A stretch of DNA of 64,000 bases from Laetmonice hystrix (taxonomy: Eukaryota): assembly GCA_965235115.1 (NCBI GenBank), contig OZ249436.1, positions 43,216,001 to 43,280,000 on the forward strand, in the 5' to 3' direction. Shown here in pieces: positions 49,922-62,526 of the stretch. Position 1 is the first letter of the stretch, and each line of letters starts with the position of its first letter. Below the pieces are notes generated by a model. The model was not told the DNA's origin. It did no database searches and was given only the letters and a program-made list of their open reading frames with translations. Position numbers and translations under genes: made by a program.

Positions 49922-50677
49922 TTTGTTAGTTACCTGCCGTTAAGTCAGCGGTTTCCCCTTAGGTTCTCCCGTTCGTTAGTTACCTGCCGTTAAGTCAGCG
50001 GTTTCCCCTTCGGTTCTCCCGTTCGTTAGTTACCTGCCGTTAAGTCAGCGGTTTCCTATTAGGTTCTCCCGTTCGTTAGTTACCTGCCGTTAAGTCAGCG
50101 GTTTCCCATTAGGTTCTCCCGTTCGTTAGTTACCTGCCGTTAAGTCAGCGGTTTCCCATTAGGTTCTCCCGTTCGTTAGTTACCTGCCGTTAAGTCAGCA
50201 GTTTCCCATTAGGTTCTCCCGTTCGTTAGTTACCTGCTGTTAAGTCAGCGGTTTCCCATTAGGTTCTCCCGTTCGTTAGTTACCTGCCGTTAAGTCAGCG
50301 GTTTCCCATTAGGTTCTCCCGTTCGTTAGTTACCTGCCGTTAAGTCAGCGGTTTCCCCTTAGGTTCTCCCGTTCGTTAGTTACCTGCCGTTAAGTCAGCG
50401 GTTTCCTATTAGGTTCTCCCGTTCGTTAGTTACCTGCCGTTAAGTCAGCGGTTTCCTATTAGGTTCTCCCGTTCGTTAGTTACCTGCCGTTAAGTCAGCG
50501 GTTTCCTATTAGGTTCTCCTGTTCGTTAGTTACCTGCCGTTAAGTCAGCGGTTTCCCCTTAGGTTCTCCCGTTCGTTAGTTACCTGCCGTTAAGTCAGCG
50601 GTTTCCCCTTAGGTTCTCCCGTTCGTTAGTTACCTGCCGTTAAGTCAGCAGTTTCCCATTAGGTTCTCCTGTTTCTC
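49922..50677 (+). repeat. 50-bp minisatellite (~15 copies) apparently derived from a SINE core
   Basis: gttagttacctgccgttaagtcagcggtttcccattaggttctcccgttc; preceded by tRNA-like head ggggtcgcggtggcgtagtg at ~49778. Confidence 0.9.
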
Positions 50678-50857
50678 CAGGAACAGTTGTCATTATAATT
50701 AGGAGCCCCACGAGCCCCCTGGAAACGCAATATTTTTATCTAGGGGGGTGAGCACCCCCAGGCCCCCTACCGAAACCTCTGCCTTTAGTGTCTAAAGCGC
50801 TAAGCTGAATCCTCCTTGTGACCACAGCGCCCACTAGTGGCCAGTCGATTCATTAAC

Positions 50858-51712
50858 AATAACAGAAGTCTGTACTCCACGTGGTGCAGGGTAAGTTACA
50901 ATAGGGCGCCTAAGTCTCGTGACCTGGTTATGCAAATGACGTTAAATAGCCTCAAACCAGCTCGCGATAGCACCAAACGTGCGCCATGCGATTGTGACGT
51001 CAAAAAATTTCCCATAGGATTAGCATTGACAGGGCCGACAGGCTTACAAAAACCAGCCCGTATATTCACAATCTAACTTTCTAAACTATAAAACAAACTT
51101 TATCCCAGAGTAAACATGTCAGCCATCATGTATTGTAACGTTTAAATATTAACAGCGACTTCACTGCAGAATGAAAATATTTTAAAGTTGACTGTCACTG
51201 TTCCCTATGGCCATCGCAATGTTAAACCAGCGAGGCTATCTGCTCCTTGTCCCGACAACGCGAAATCTCTTGAATTCTCGTGACATACTTAGGCGCCCTA
51301 TAACAGAAGTCTGTACTCCATGTCGTGCAGGGTAAGTTACAATAACAGCAGACTGTACTCCACGTGGTCAGGGTAAGTTACAATAACAGCAGTCTGTACT
51401 ACCCGTGGTGCAGGGTAAGTTACAACAACAGAAGTCTGTACTCCACGTGGTGCAGGGTAAGTTACAATAACAGCAGTCTGTACTCCACGTGGTCAGGGTA
51501 AGTTACAATAACAGCAGTCTGTACTCCACGTGGTCAGGGTAAGTTACAATAACAGCAGTCTGTACTCCATGTGGTGCAGGGTAAGTTACAATAACAGCAG
51601 TCTGTACTCCACGTGGTGCAGGGTAAGTTACAATAACAGCAGTCTGTACTCCATGTGGTGCAGGGTAAGTTACAATAACAGCAGTCTGTACTCCATGTGG
51701 TGCAGAGTAAGT
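50858..51712. repeat. ~42-bp minisatellite (~11 units) interrupted by a MITE
   Basis: taacagcagtctgtactccacgtggtgcagggtaagttacaa; one unit left of and ~10 units right of the insertion. Confidence 0.93.
50902..51300. mobile_element. 399-bp MITE with 14-bp perfect TIRs
   Basis: TAGGGCGCCTAAGT ... ACTTAGGCGCCCTA inserted into the minisatellite unit. Confidence 0.85.
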
Positions 51713-52084
51713 TTGGAAAATTACAAGAAAAATCACGTCCTATTATGCGCGGATGTAGGATAATAAATGAGTGAGCTGGAAAAACGCAGCTCGAAGGGGG
51801 GTGGCTAGCCACCCCATTCACTCCCCCCGGATCCGCCCCTGCCTATATAAGGCTTGCCTGTCCTGTAGAAAGGTGATCTTGTATACCGAACTGTACTTTA
51901 GTAGCAGGTCTCCGAGTTCAGACAGTGAGCTGAATGTGAAATAGCTTTAATGGAGTCAGAAGTAACCTAGATTATACACTGGCGCTCGATTGGCGCCTGT
52001 TTTCTCGCTCCGTATATACATATTCTGTATACTAACTCTGAGGTCCTGCACTTCTACGGCCCTGAAATCTGGCCACCAACACAC

Positions 52085-52281
52085 CAAGGGTGTTTAAAAA
52101 TGTCGCTGTCTCTAATTCCTCAAATATCGCCACAAATTCTGGTAATGACAGCGCTTTCCTTGTCTATTATTTTAACAGGTACATATTTGTTATACTATAG
52201 AAGACCCAAGTGTTGTTGTTACTAGTATTTCTGGATATATGGGAGGGATAAGTCAGAGCGACATTTTTTGGACACCTTGTA
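52085..52281. mobile_element. Degenerate Tc1/mariner-like MITE
   Basis: caagggtgtttaaaaatgtcgctgtc ... gtcagagcgacattttttggacaccttgta. Confidence 0.6.
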
Positions 52282-52893
52282 AATTATACTTGCTCCTTTT
52301 CGTTTCCCACTTCCTGCGTTCCCGTTCTTAATAATGTTAATGTTTCCGGTTGGAAACATGCGTTGCCACTCTGCCATGTCTAAACGTTTTGCAACGCACT
52401 TTGGAAACTAATTATGTAAATTACCATTACCATTTAGTGAAAGGAAAGTATTTCAGAAATGTCTTCGAACATAAATAAACCATTATTCCGGTTTAGCACC
52501 TGAGCAGCCACAGTAGGTCAACTCTAGCTTGTAAAATCAAGAAATATCTCTTTTATGGTTGCACGAATGGCCTACACTTTGATAGTATCTCACAGACACG
52601 ATACTTCATCCATTTAAACAATGCTAGATTCACATTTATATTCTATTCATTTATCAATTTATCATTTAAAGTTCTCTGTAAGCCTTTGCCTCGTGATTGA
52701 CCATCATGCTGCACAGTTAGAACTGATAATATATTATCTGTCGAGTTTTTTCCTATGTCAGACCTATCTGATGATCACTAGCTGATGATAGACCCGCTTG
52801 ACTGGGCAGACACGTCAGTGTTCTGGTCAGTCGGGGATAATACTGCCATGCCATCTCGTTAGAACTACAAATAATATCTTGTTATGGACTTGG

Positions 52894-53275
52894 ACACGAC
52901 TTGACCTCCACAGACACCAACGTTTTGTCTGAGCTCGTGTAACATGTAACACGACTTGACCTCCACAGACACCAACGTTTTGTCTGAGCTCGTGTAACAT
53001 GTAACACGACTTGACCTCCACAGACACCAACGTTTTGTCTGAGCTCGTGTAACATGTAACACGACTTGACCTCCACAGACACCAACGTTTTGTCTGAGCT
53101 CGTGTAACATGTAACACGACTTGACCTCCACAGACACCAACGTTTTGTCTGAGCTCGTGTAACATGTAACACGACTTGACATCCACAGACACCAACGTTT
53201 TGTCTGAGCTCGTGTAACATGTAACACGACTTGACATCCACAGACACCAACGTTTTGTCTGAGCTAATGTAACAC
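52894..53275. repeat. 55-bp minisatellite, 7 copies
   Basis: acacgacttgacctccacagacaccaacgttttgtctgagctcgtgtaacatgta. Confidence 0.95.
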
Positions 53276-55143
53276 AGCAATTTGGCCTTTTTAAAAAATC
53301 GATTCATTACCCAGTGTCAACTTATAAACACTCCATCATCTATTAGCTATGCTTTCAAAGATCAGCATTAAAAAACGAGATTATTTGCAGGTCCAACGTT
53401 TATAGATACAAAAAGTGCTCCCTGAGTCCTTTCATCATCACTGTCTAGCGCAACCCATTAACATGCTTTTATTGCACAGGTTATAATAGATGATTTGCAC
53501 ATGATGAAACAGTTTTCCCGGCTCTTTTTCCCCCATGTTTTCAGACTAAATTAATAGCTTACTCCTGTACAATTGACACTATGATGTAAGATGTACGTCT
53601 CCGTCGCATTCAGCTGTCATTGAGTGCATTACACTTATCGTATTAGTTACTATCTTTTATAGCTGTCACTCAAAGTCGTGCAGCATCCGGCGTCGGGAGG
53701 AAGAGCAACAGTCGGCACAGCCAACTGACACACGCAGGCTCTTTTTTATTTGGTAAATCCCCATCGCCAGACCTTAACTGACGCCAATTAGTCAAAGAAA
53801 ATATGGCAAAGAAATAAGCAGAAAATCTGGGGGCTATATTGGAGATATACAGTGAAAGCGCTCGACGTATATGACGTGGGGGGGCGCAAAATGTGAGAAC
53901 GTCAGAGGGGCCTAATACACTTTGTTGTCTTGACGATTTATTGTAAATTTATGGGAGAGGGGGCCCTTGCCCCCTAGTGCCGCTATTGCACATAATTTTC
54001 CAATTTATTTAATTAAACAACGTTGCAAAGCACTGTAGCACTAGACGTAGGCCTATTATTTACGATGACAATAACCTAAGATGGTGCATATTCACAAATA
54101 TAGAATTTAGGAGTTGATAAAATATTGGATAGAATGCAAGCTGAGCCTTTAGTAAAGTCGGGCCAGTTTCTCTGTATAACTTTTAATTCCACAATCTTTA
54201 ATGTAAAAGTTCATGCCATTTCACTTTTTGTAATTAGAACAATCATCATTAACTTTAGATAATTACACTTGTTAGGAAGCAACTACAATTAAATATGTCA
54301 ATGCAGATTGACAAAATGTAGGCGACAAAAAAGGTACATTAACATCGGTGACTCAAAATGTTTAGGATATAAATTATGCACGTTAAAAATGTGATAGAAA
54401 AGATGGTGGCGGCCGAAGGTATAATGTCACAAAGGCCATGGGTCAGTTAGTCATTAAGTCAGCCAGTTAGTATGTCACAACAGATTATTCTGCCCGTTTT
54501 ATCGTGCTGCTTCCCCCTTTTCCCTCGACAGTTTTAAAAATGGATAATATCGCCTGTACAGAGCTGCACAGCTGACTATAATTGACAATAAATGACGTTT
54601 AATGTGTTTCGTTAATTTCCTTGGATCATCATGCCGGGCTGGATAATATAATAACCCAATAGTTCTGGGAAGCACATCGGTTAACAATGCTTTTGTTCGC
54701 AGTAGTAATTGACCTTATTAGACCATACCGCATTGGCTGCTTGCCATCCTGCCATCATTATACCAAACGTCTGACCAACTCCACTGGGCACAAACAAAAC
54801 CTCTGTAACGGATTTGTCAAAACAACATTTGGACTTATTATAATTGATCACTTCACGAAAATAGTTTTTATGGAGGGAGTTGGAGAGATTGCATGACATG
54901 TTTTAGTACAGACTGAGTGGCTTTGTTGCCATGTTCCGTTTGTAGCCACCAACCTAAGGCCACTTCCACCAGTCTGACCCAGGAACCAACCGAACTACAT
55001 GTATACCTCCGTACAAAGCTGGGTATTTGTAGTTCTCTATTAATTTATCAGCTATCCGGCACTCCTTGAGAGTTTTTGCAGTACTCGATGTTCTGATCTA
55101 AAAGCGAGCATACAGATCCATATTTCCAACTAGTATAGTCCCA

Positions 55144-55269
55144 GGGGCCGGTTTCACATTTGAGACCCCCAAACAGTCACCGTCCTAACATAACGGGCAG
55201 GCAGTTGGACAGACCATTCATGGCCCAAGTTAGGCAAAGGACTTGCCCAACGACTGAGAAACCCGCCCC
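55144..55269. mobile_element. Harbinger-like mini-MITE (degenerate)
   Basis: ggggccggtttcaca ... tgagaaacccgcccc. Confidence 0.55.
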
Positions 55270-56865
55270 TGCTCTTTCCCAGCCACCACTCTCTCAAATA
55301 ATCTGGATTCTTTCTTTCTTATAAAGATCTACCATGACTTTAAATGTGACGAACCTTCTCCGGTCAAAATGTGGTTGGTGGACCTCTGAAAATAGTACAC
55401 GGTATGCCAGGCAGGTGTCGCTGCAGTGCCCATTATTCATACCCCGATCTCTGCCAGCCATACCTATTATAACACCAAAACGTGGCAAATAACAGGAAAT
55501 AACCAAAGTGGTTGACAGCGAGACGCTGTTCTCCACCCCTGGGGCCCTACCCCATGTAAGCGCTATAGAAAACACTTAATTGGGGGTGAATTATGTGCAT
55601 GAACAGTTTGGATGTGATCTTGTATCCGAATGGCTCGGGTGATCGCCAAGTGGGCTCTCACTCGATCCTCTATCCGTAAGTTCTTCATGGCTCCTGAGGC
55701 TACATCATTCAGGCACAATTCAGAAGGCGTTCCTCGCCCCAGGCCTGCTTCTCCTGTGTCTTCAACCTGTGTCCATGACCCTCATCCCTGCCAGGATTCA
55801 TGGAGTTTCTCCTGTGTCTTCAACATGTACGACCCTCGTCCCTGCCAGTGTACAGGGAGTCAATGAATCGTAATCATGCAAAAACTGGAGAAAACCAAAA
55901 AGTAACAAAAATCTCATTGGTAGATCGGCCATGGTCTCGTATCCATTGTGTGAAAAGCTCGTCTCTACCAGTCACCTAAACCCCCACTTACATGGCAATA
56001 TTACCGTGGGGGTTAAGGTTCTACCCCTATTGTCACCCAGTATGTCGTCTAGCTATAGGCCGTAGAAGGGGACCGGTTCGCTATTTGATCCAGGCGAGAT
56101 TACCTGGCAGGGACAGACATCGGATCCTCTTACTAATACTCCCACCGGTGTCAGCAACATGAGACAGTTTGTGAGGAGTTCCTCAGGGAGTCCCGCTCTG
56201 CCTGCTTCTATTCACGCCTGCCGGTGGACAAGCCAATCGGCTGGAACCCGTGAACCCGTGGCGGGCAGCAGCGTGGGCGTGGACAGACATTGAATGGCGA
56301 ACCTCTCGGGTGGGTTCTCGCTGGGTGCGTTATGATACCACCAGCCGAACATTGCACCTTTCAGGCCAAACTACAATGATATGCACATCGAAATTTACGT
56401 CTTTTCTGAGTCCATCTATCCTTGGACAATGCGTGGGCAGAAATAGCTAGGAATGAAGAACGATCCATTAACACAGAGAAATGTAAAGGCCATAATTACG
56501 GCAGTCCCTCTGGACCGATATAGATACGATGTCCTGTAACGAGAGATATTTCAGGCAGAGCCTCTCGCCCCGGGCCTAGAGATGATCCTATTACTTGTCG
56601 TCAACAGGGTAAGTATGGCCTCCATCACTGCCAGCAGTGAGAAATCGTTATAAAACGGAGCTTATAACTTCTCCTCTGCAAAGTACAGAGTCGGCTTCTT
56701 TAGGAGTAAAAATACACTCTTTACCCAATTTGAGATGTGAATGTCATAATTTTTATGAAACGAAGGAAATTCTTTTTGACACTATTCGAACCGGTTAAAT
56801 ATTCAAATCGATCGTGACTATGGAGTTACTATGAAGTTTCCTTATCAGCTGACTGAGAACCACTC

Positions 56866-57127
56866 CAGGGTTCCCACAGGTTCGCTATATTGAAATTTCA
56901 TGACTTTTTCCTGACTTTTCCAGACCAAAACTACCAAATTTCATGAACTAGACTGAAATCCCAGAATTGTCCCTTATATAGTACGACCCAATGTCCAGAA
57001 ACTGCAATGTGATTCAGAAGAAATCTCAAATTTCATGACTTTTCCATGACTCTTCCTCGTTTTTCTATTTTCCATGACTTTTCCAGGCCTAGAAAACCAA
57101 ATTTCATTTTCCATGACTTTTTATGAT
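56866..57127 (+). mobile_element. hAT-like MITE, right end lost
   Basis: Starts CAGGGTTCCCAC; repeated catgactttt motifs; aligns with 46255-46434. Confidence 0.65.
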
Positions 57128-59155
57128 ATGTTCAAAACACACTTATTATTTATACTCTAATTATGTTTCATGTAGGTCCCATGTATCAATGCGCGCTCCC
57201 TCCATTGTGAACCTCCTCACGGCGACGACAGGAAACAATTCCGAGGTCTTAAAAAATCATTAAAACCACGTCAGTTACGAGACCTGCACGAGAACATAAT
57301 TAAATCACCACCAACACCGACATGAAGGTGACCAATCACATTCTTACCATGACATCACGTGACAGCGGAGTCATGATTACTCAATAACACGGAGAACAGT
57401 CAGTTCTAAATCAGTAAACCACGTAACCAGTGCTCGTCAATATTGGATTCAGTCCCGTGTCTACCGGCACATCGTGTCTACCGGCACATCAGGGGGCGAT
57501 AATAGGGCCGTACATAGCACTTAAATGGGGGAGGGGGGATTGGACCAATTGGTTTGGGAAGATTTTTTTGGTTTTGTTTTGCACAACCCGCAGCTGGTCC
57601 ACTGACAGCTCGATTATTCTTTTAAAGCCCCTGCCCAAATCAATCCAGGAAATTTATTAAAAAATGGCCGTGCTGGCCAGGTAGCTGGGGGCAGGGCCTG
57701 GGGTGATCTCAACCACCTGGACCACCGCTCCCGGCATGTCGTCACGCCACAGTGACGCTAGCCTTCAGATCTCAGGTTCTGCCTCGGGTTCTACCTCGGA
57801 GGTTCCCCAAGATAAAGTCAGATTCAGCATTAGACCTATAACTCAGCCAATAAGTCACGACTAATACTGCAATAAACAAAACAATGTACCATTTTATCAA
57901 GTTTTCTTTAAATCGATGACAAACTTGTAGATGTATGTACTTGTGTACGACTGCGTCCTTAAAACACACCTGTGGAACCTGAGACTACAACAAGAGTGAA
58001 TGCACTGGATGCCCCGTAAAGTTTCCCACTGCGGTCTTTCTGTTTATAATGTAATAGGTTAAAATCCCCCCGGTAAATACCCCCCCCCCCTCCAACCGCC
58101 TAAACGTCCTGACGCCATCTTCTCCTAGTGAGGAGACTGGGGGGGGGGGTCGGCTGGGCCTGTCGATATTCACAATATTCATCGCTTGACACACACAAAT
58201 GTTCTTGACACACATACAGGACAGTCATACAGCGCCTCCTAACGGCAGGCACGGGAATCATGGGGAAACTCAAGACCCCCTGCCAGTTCCGTTCTTTCCT
58301 TCTTTCTCTCTCTTTCTAGTTTCATTCAAGCTTTTCTGTAACTATAATTCTTTACTCAACTAAAACATCCAGTGATCAAATCGCAACGGTCGTGTATGTT
58401 TGGGTCGAACTTTACATAAAAAAAACTACAAAAATCACTTTCTGAGGGGAGTAGTGAAGTCGGATGGTGAGTGCAGAATTACCCCTGGCCGGCGTGGAAA
58501 GACAAACTAGCCGCTAATAGAGCTCGCTGTAAACACCCCCTACCATGATGCCACACTTTACAAATACCCCTCCTATCACCCGCTGGTAGAGTTAATTACC
58601 CCACTCACACCTTCATTTCACCCCCGCTATACCTGAACTCTGATGTTTGAGACGACGTGCCAGGTTTATTATTCCCACGTTCATTAACAGAGGTTATGGT
58701 ACTGCTACCCCCACCTGAGATGGCGGAGTTCTATAATGGACTGATATTTCCAGGTATAACTTGGTCACTGACAATGTGAAGGTCACTCTATACTCGGTAT
58801 GCAGCATACTGGGACCATGCTATAGCTGGTCCTTAGAATACTTTCTGCCTTCTCCACCGATTTGTCAGGAGTTAATATTTAAAAGCAGCAGCACTTTATG
58901 TCAGCCAATGAAAAACACGTATAAACAAAACAAAGGTGTCAGAATGCTGATAGTGGGCTGAGGTTAAATATGTACATTTATAATTTACAGGTATAGTTCC
59001 AGTCCAGCACCTTTGGTGAAGCTACTAGGCCTACCAGTCACTTCTCATACCTGGACGTACTCTTGAATTACAATGATACACAATAAATTACAATGATACA
59101 CAATAAATTACAATGATACACAATAAATTCCTTGTCACAAAAAATATGATTAAGC

Positions 59156-59297
59156 AGGCCCGTAGCCTGGCCCAAATACGCGCGGGAGCAGTGACTCCTG
59201 AGCATTTAAGTACCAGCATATAACAACCAAAAAGAAATCCCAGGGGGGCAGCTGCCCCCTTGCCCCCCCCCCCCCCCCCCGGCAGGCTACGGCCCTG
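59156..59297. mobile_element. Short hAT-like element
   Basis: caggcccgtagcctg ... caggctacggccctg inverted ends; related end motifs at ~17905-17958. Confidence 0.55.
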
Positions 59298-59379
59298 TTA
59301 AGTATACTGTACATGTACTAGGAGGACTACGGTTACTCGAGACCTGCTGTGGAATGTTGCCCAGAATCTGATGTCTTAC

Positions 59380-59512
59380 CTGGTTAACCTTCTCAATGAT
59401 CTGAAGTTCCTTGATGGCCTTATCCCACCGACTCCTGGGTCCCTCCGGGGTGGGCTCGATGTACTTGAACACTGTCTCCGGGTCAGCGTTCATTGTCGCC
59501 TCCGCTTTGTAC
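59380..59512 (-). CDS. START-domain protein, internal exon (133 nt)
   Basis: cgcgcag|G TAC AAA ... AAC CAG|gtaaga; encodes YKAEATMNADPETVFKYIEPTPEGPRSRWDKAIKELQIIEKVNQ with the START RxxWD motif. Confidence 0.93.
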
Positions 59513-59802
59513 CTGCGCGTCCCAATCAACACTAATTAAATCCTAATTATCACACAAACACAATGGTTCAATCAAGTTCTCCCCTACCGTGGACTGTACA
59601 CTGTAATTTATTGTATTGTACCGACGATGCACAGCTCCTACGCAGTAAACATAATTAACACTAATTGTCTTAATTATGACAGAGTTCTTAACCATAACTA
59701 GAAGTGTCATCTTACTTGGCGGTCAACCAAACAAAGGATCGTTACTGTGAGTTTACAGTATTTGTTGACTTATCAGGTTCCTCGATATTGGCAGAGTATG
59801 TC

Positions 59803-60676
59803 GGAGTGGGTTCGGAAGAACGTAGTCGTAATTCAGACAGGAGATAGCTAACTGTGCAATGTGGGAGTGGGTTCAGGAGCACGTCATTCAGACAGGAGAT
59901 AGCTAACTGTGCAATGTGAGAGTGGGTTCAGGAGCAAGTAATTCAGACAGGAGATAGCTAACTGTGCAATGTGAGAGTGGGCTCAGGAGCAAGTAATTCA
60001 GACAGGAGATAGCTAACTGTGCAATGTGAGAGTGGGTTCAGGAGCAAGTAATTCAGACAGGAGATAGCTAACGGTACAATGTTAGAGTGGGTTCGGGAGA
60101 AAGTAATTCAGACATGAGATAGCTAACGGTACAATGTTAGAGTGGGTTCAGGAGCAGGTAATGCAGACAGGAGATAGCTAACGGTACAATGTTAGAGTGG
60201 GTTTAGGAGCAAGTAATTCAGACAGGAGATAGTTAACTGTACAATGTGGGAGTAGGTTCGGGAGCAAGTAATTCAGACAGGAGATAGCTAGCTGTACAAT
60301 GTAGAGTGGGTTTAGGAGCAAGTAATTCAGACGGGAGATAGCTAACGGTACAATGTTAGAGTGGGTTTAGGAGCAAGTAATGCAGACAGGAGATAGCTAA
60401 CTGTACAATGTTAGAGTGGGTTTAGGAGCAAGTAATTCAGACAGGAGATAGCTAACTGCACAATGTTAGAGTGGGTTTAGGAGCAAGTAATTCAGACAGG
60501 AGATAGCTAACTGCACAATGTTAGAGTGGGTTTAGGAGCAAGTAATTCAGACAGGAGATAGCTAACTGCACAATGTTAGAGTGGGTTCAGGAGCAAGTAA
60601 TTCAGACATGAGATAGCTAACTGCACAATGTTAGAGTGGGTTTAGGAGCAAGTAATTCAGACAGGAGATAGCTAAA
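59803..60676. repeat. ~55-bp minisatellite, ~16 copies
   Basis: gagtgggtttaggagcaagtaattcagacaggagatagctaactgtacaatgtta; fills most of the 1207-bp intron. Confidence 0.95.
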
Positions 60677-60719
60677 CGTGTACTGAGGACTGTTAGGTAC
60701 AGGAAGTGAATTCACTTAC

Positions 60720-60769
60720 AATGCGCCGGACCAGTCCGGGGACGGTTTCACCATTACTGTCACATCCTT
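60720..60769 (-). CDS. START-domain protein, short internal exon (50 nt; not in ORF track)
   Basis: tttcag|AAG GAT GTG ... GGC GCA TT|gtaagt; encodes KDVTVMVKPSPDWSGA(L); TT+G = Leu joins the next exon in frame; resembles the VxVxxKPSxEFxG segment of STARD4/5. Confidence 0.88.
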
Positions 60770-61439
60770 CTGAAAGTAATTAGGCTACCAAAGATATATC
60801 ACAATCACCAAACATAATGCATGATGGAAACGATGGAAACTACCAGCTTCATCCCAGAAGGTAAATATTCGTAATAGGATCTGAGAATGGGACAAGGATA
60901 AAAATTATTGACAATTTGAAAAAAATGGAAAGTGATGTAATGGGTGCCGGAATTACACCGCCTCGAGCAGCGTCTGGCCAGGGCGTAATTATGACGTCAT
61001 AATAATAACAGGCAGACAGGGTTTCAGGGGATCACTCAGTAAAGTCTTCGGTGTACACGTACATATCAAATGTCCATGCATAGTACATTATATGCATAGA
61101 ATATGATCAAAAAGTGTATTTATCTAATGTATGCGTAATAAACACTATGTTGTAATCTGCAACCAACTATATCCTAGCAGATTTATGCTATATATACACC
61201 AGCCACAATGATTAGCGTGTTACAATGACAGAGTCTGGATTTTTTCTTCATGTAGTGCCAGGAACAAGTAAAAATATAAGTAGTATCATTATTATAATAT
61301 CAGCTATCATGTCTGTTACATAACTACTGTGGCAGTGCGGTCAGGGTCTGAGTTGGTCTAACTAAAAGTGGCGGATATAGAGTCGAGTCCAATACCAACA
61401 CTGCCCGCAGTTCCAGCCACAACAATTGCCTGATACACA

Positions 61440-61758
61440 TACCGTATACCACCCGATAACAGTTTGTTTTAGGTATAGGAGAATGCGGATATTACCGTAT
61501 ACCACCCGATAACAGTTTGTTTTAGGTATAGGAGAATGCGGATATTACCGTATACCACCCGATAACAGTCTGTTTTAGGTATGGGAGAATGCGGATATTA
61601 CCGTACACCACCCGATAACAGTCTGTTTAGGTATGGGAGAATGCGGATATTACCGTATACCACCCGATAACAGTTTGTTTTAGGTATAGGAGAATGCGGA
61701 TATTACCGTATACCACCCGATAACAGTCTGTTTTAGGTATAGGAGAATGCGGATATTA
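61440..61758. repeat. ~54-bp minisatellite, 6 copies
   Basis: taccgtataccacccgataacagtttgttttaggtataggagaatgcggatat. Confidence 0.94.
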
Positions 61759-62401
61759 GCTTCATCTCCACCAACGTTAATCACACCGATATATTATGAG
61801 GTTTTGAAGTGTTCCGTTATCAATGAAATTACTTATATGGTAAGTGGTTCCACCTCCTTCGTTCAATCTGCTACCAGTCGCATCTATTAATATACCCGAG
61901 TGTGCGCTTATTAGAACAGTTCTCAATAAATTTAACATCTTCCCCCCAAAAGGAAAAGTTATTGCTTTAATACAGTCCCATAACCTTCGGCTGATTCCTT
62001 CTGGACTCTTAGATAAATTACATAATGTAGTGGCTGAGTAATGGCAGAAAAAGGCTGAATGAAAACGATGAAAAAACGCTAAGTAGACTATCTTGCTATC
62101 ATTGTGTGCCTATTATATGAAATGATATGTATTATATGATACAATACACTTCCTAAATCATTAACTTCCCCGTCATCTCTGTGTATACTAATGTTATCTG
62201 GAGTACACTTGGAGAACATACGTTTTCGTCTCTACATAATTATATCATCAGATACAATTGGTTCCCTTCAATGCTCACTCAATTCTAATTGCTTCTGGTG
62301 AAACATACATGTATCCATGCATATCGAGGCTTCTGATTCAACATAACTTAATTCATTCACACATAACCCGATCTAAGTATATTCAATCAAGTATTCAAGT
62401 A

Positions 62402-62526
62402 TCTTCTTCTTCTTCTTTTTCTTCTTCTTTTTCTTCTTCTTTTTCTTCTTCTTTTTCTTCTTCTTCTTCTTCTTCTTCTTCTTCTTCTTCTTCTTCTTCT
62501 TCTTCTTCTTCTTCTTCTTCTTCTTC
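62402..62526. repeat. (TTC)n/(GAA)n trinucleotide repeat
   Basis: About 40 TTC/TTT triplets. Confidence 0.96.

Noticed and set aside
6371..61758. CRISPR-like appearance of regularly spaced repeats
   Set aside because: Units are head-to-tail with no unique spacers, no cas genes, and the context is a spliceosomal-intron eukaryotic gene.
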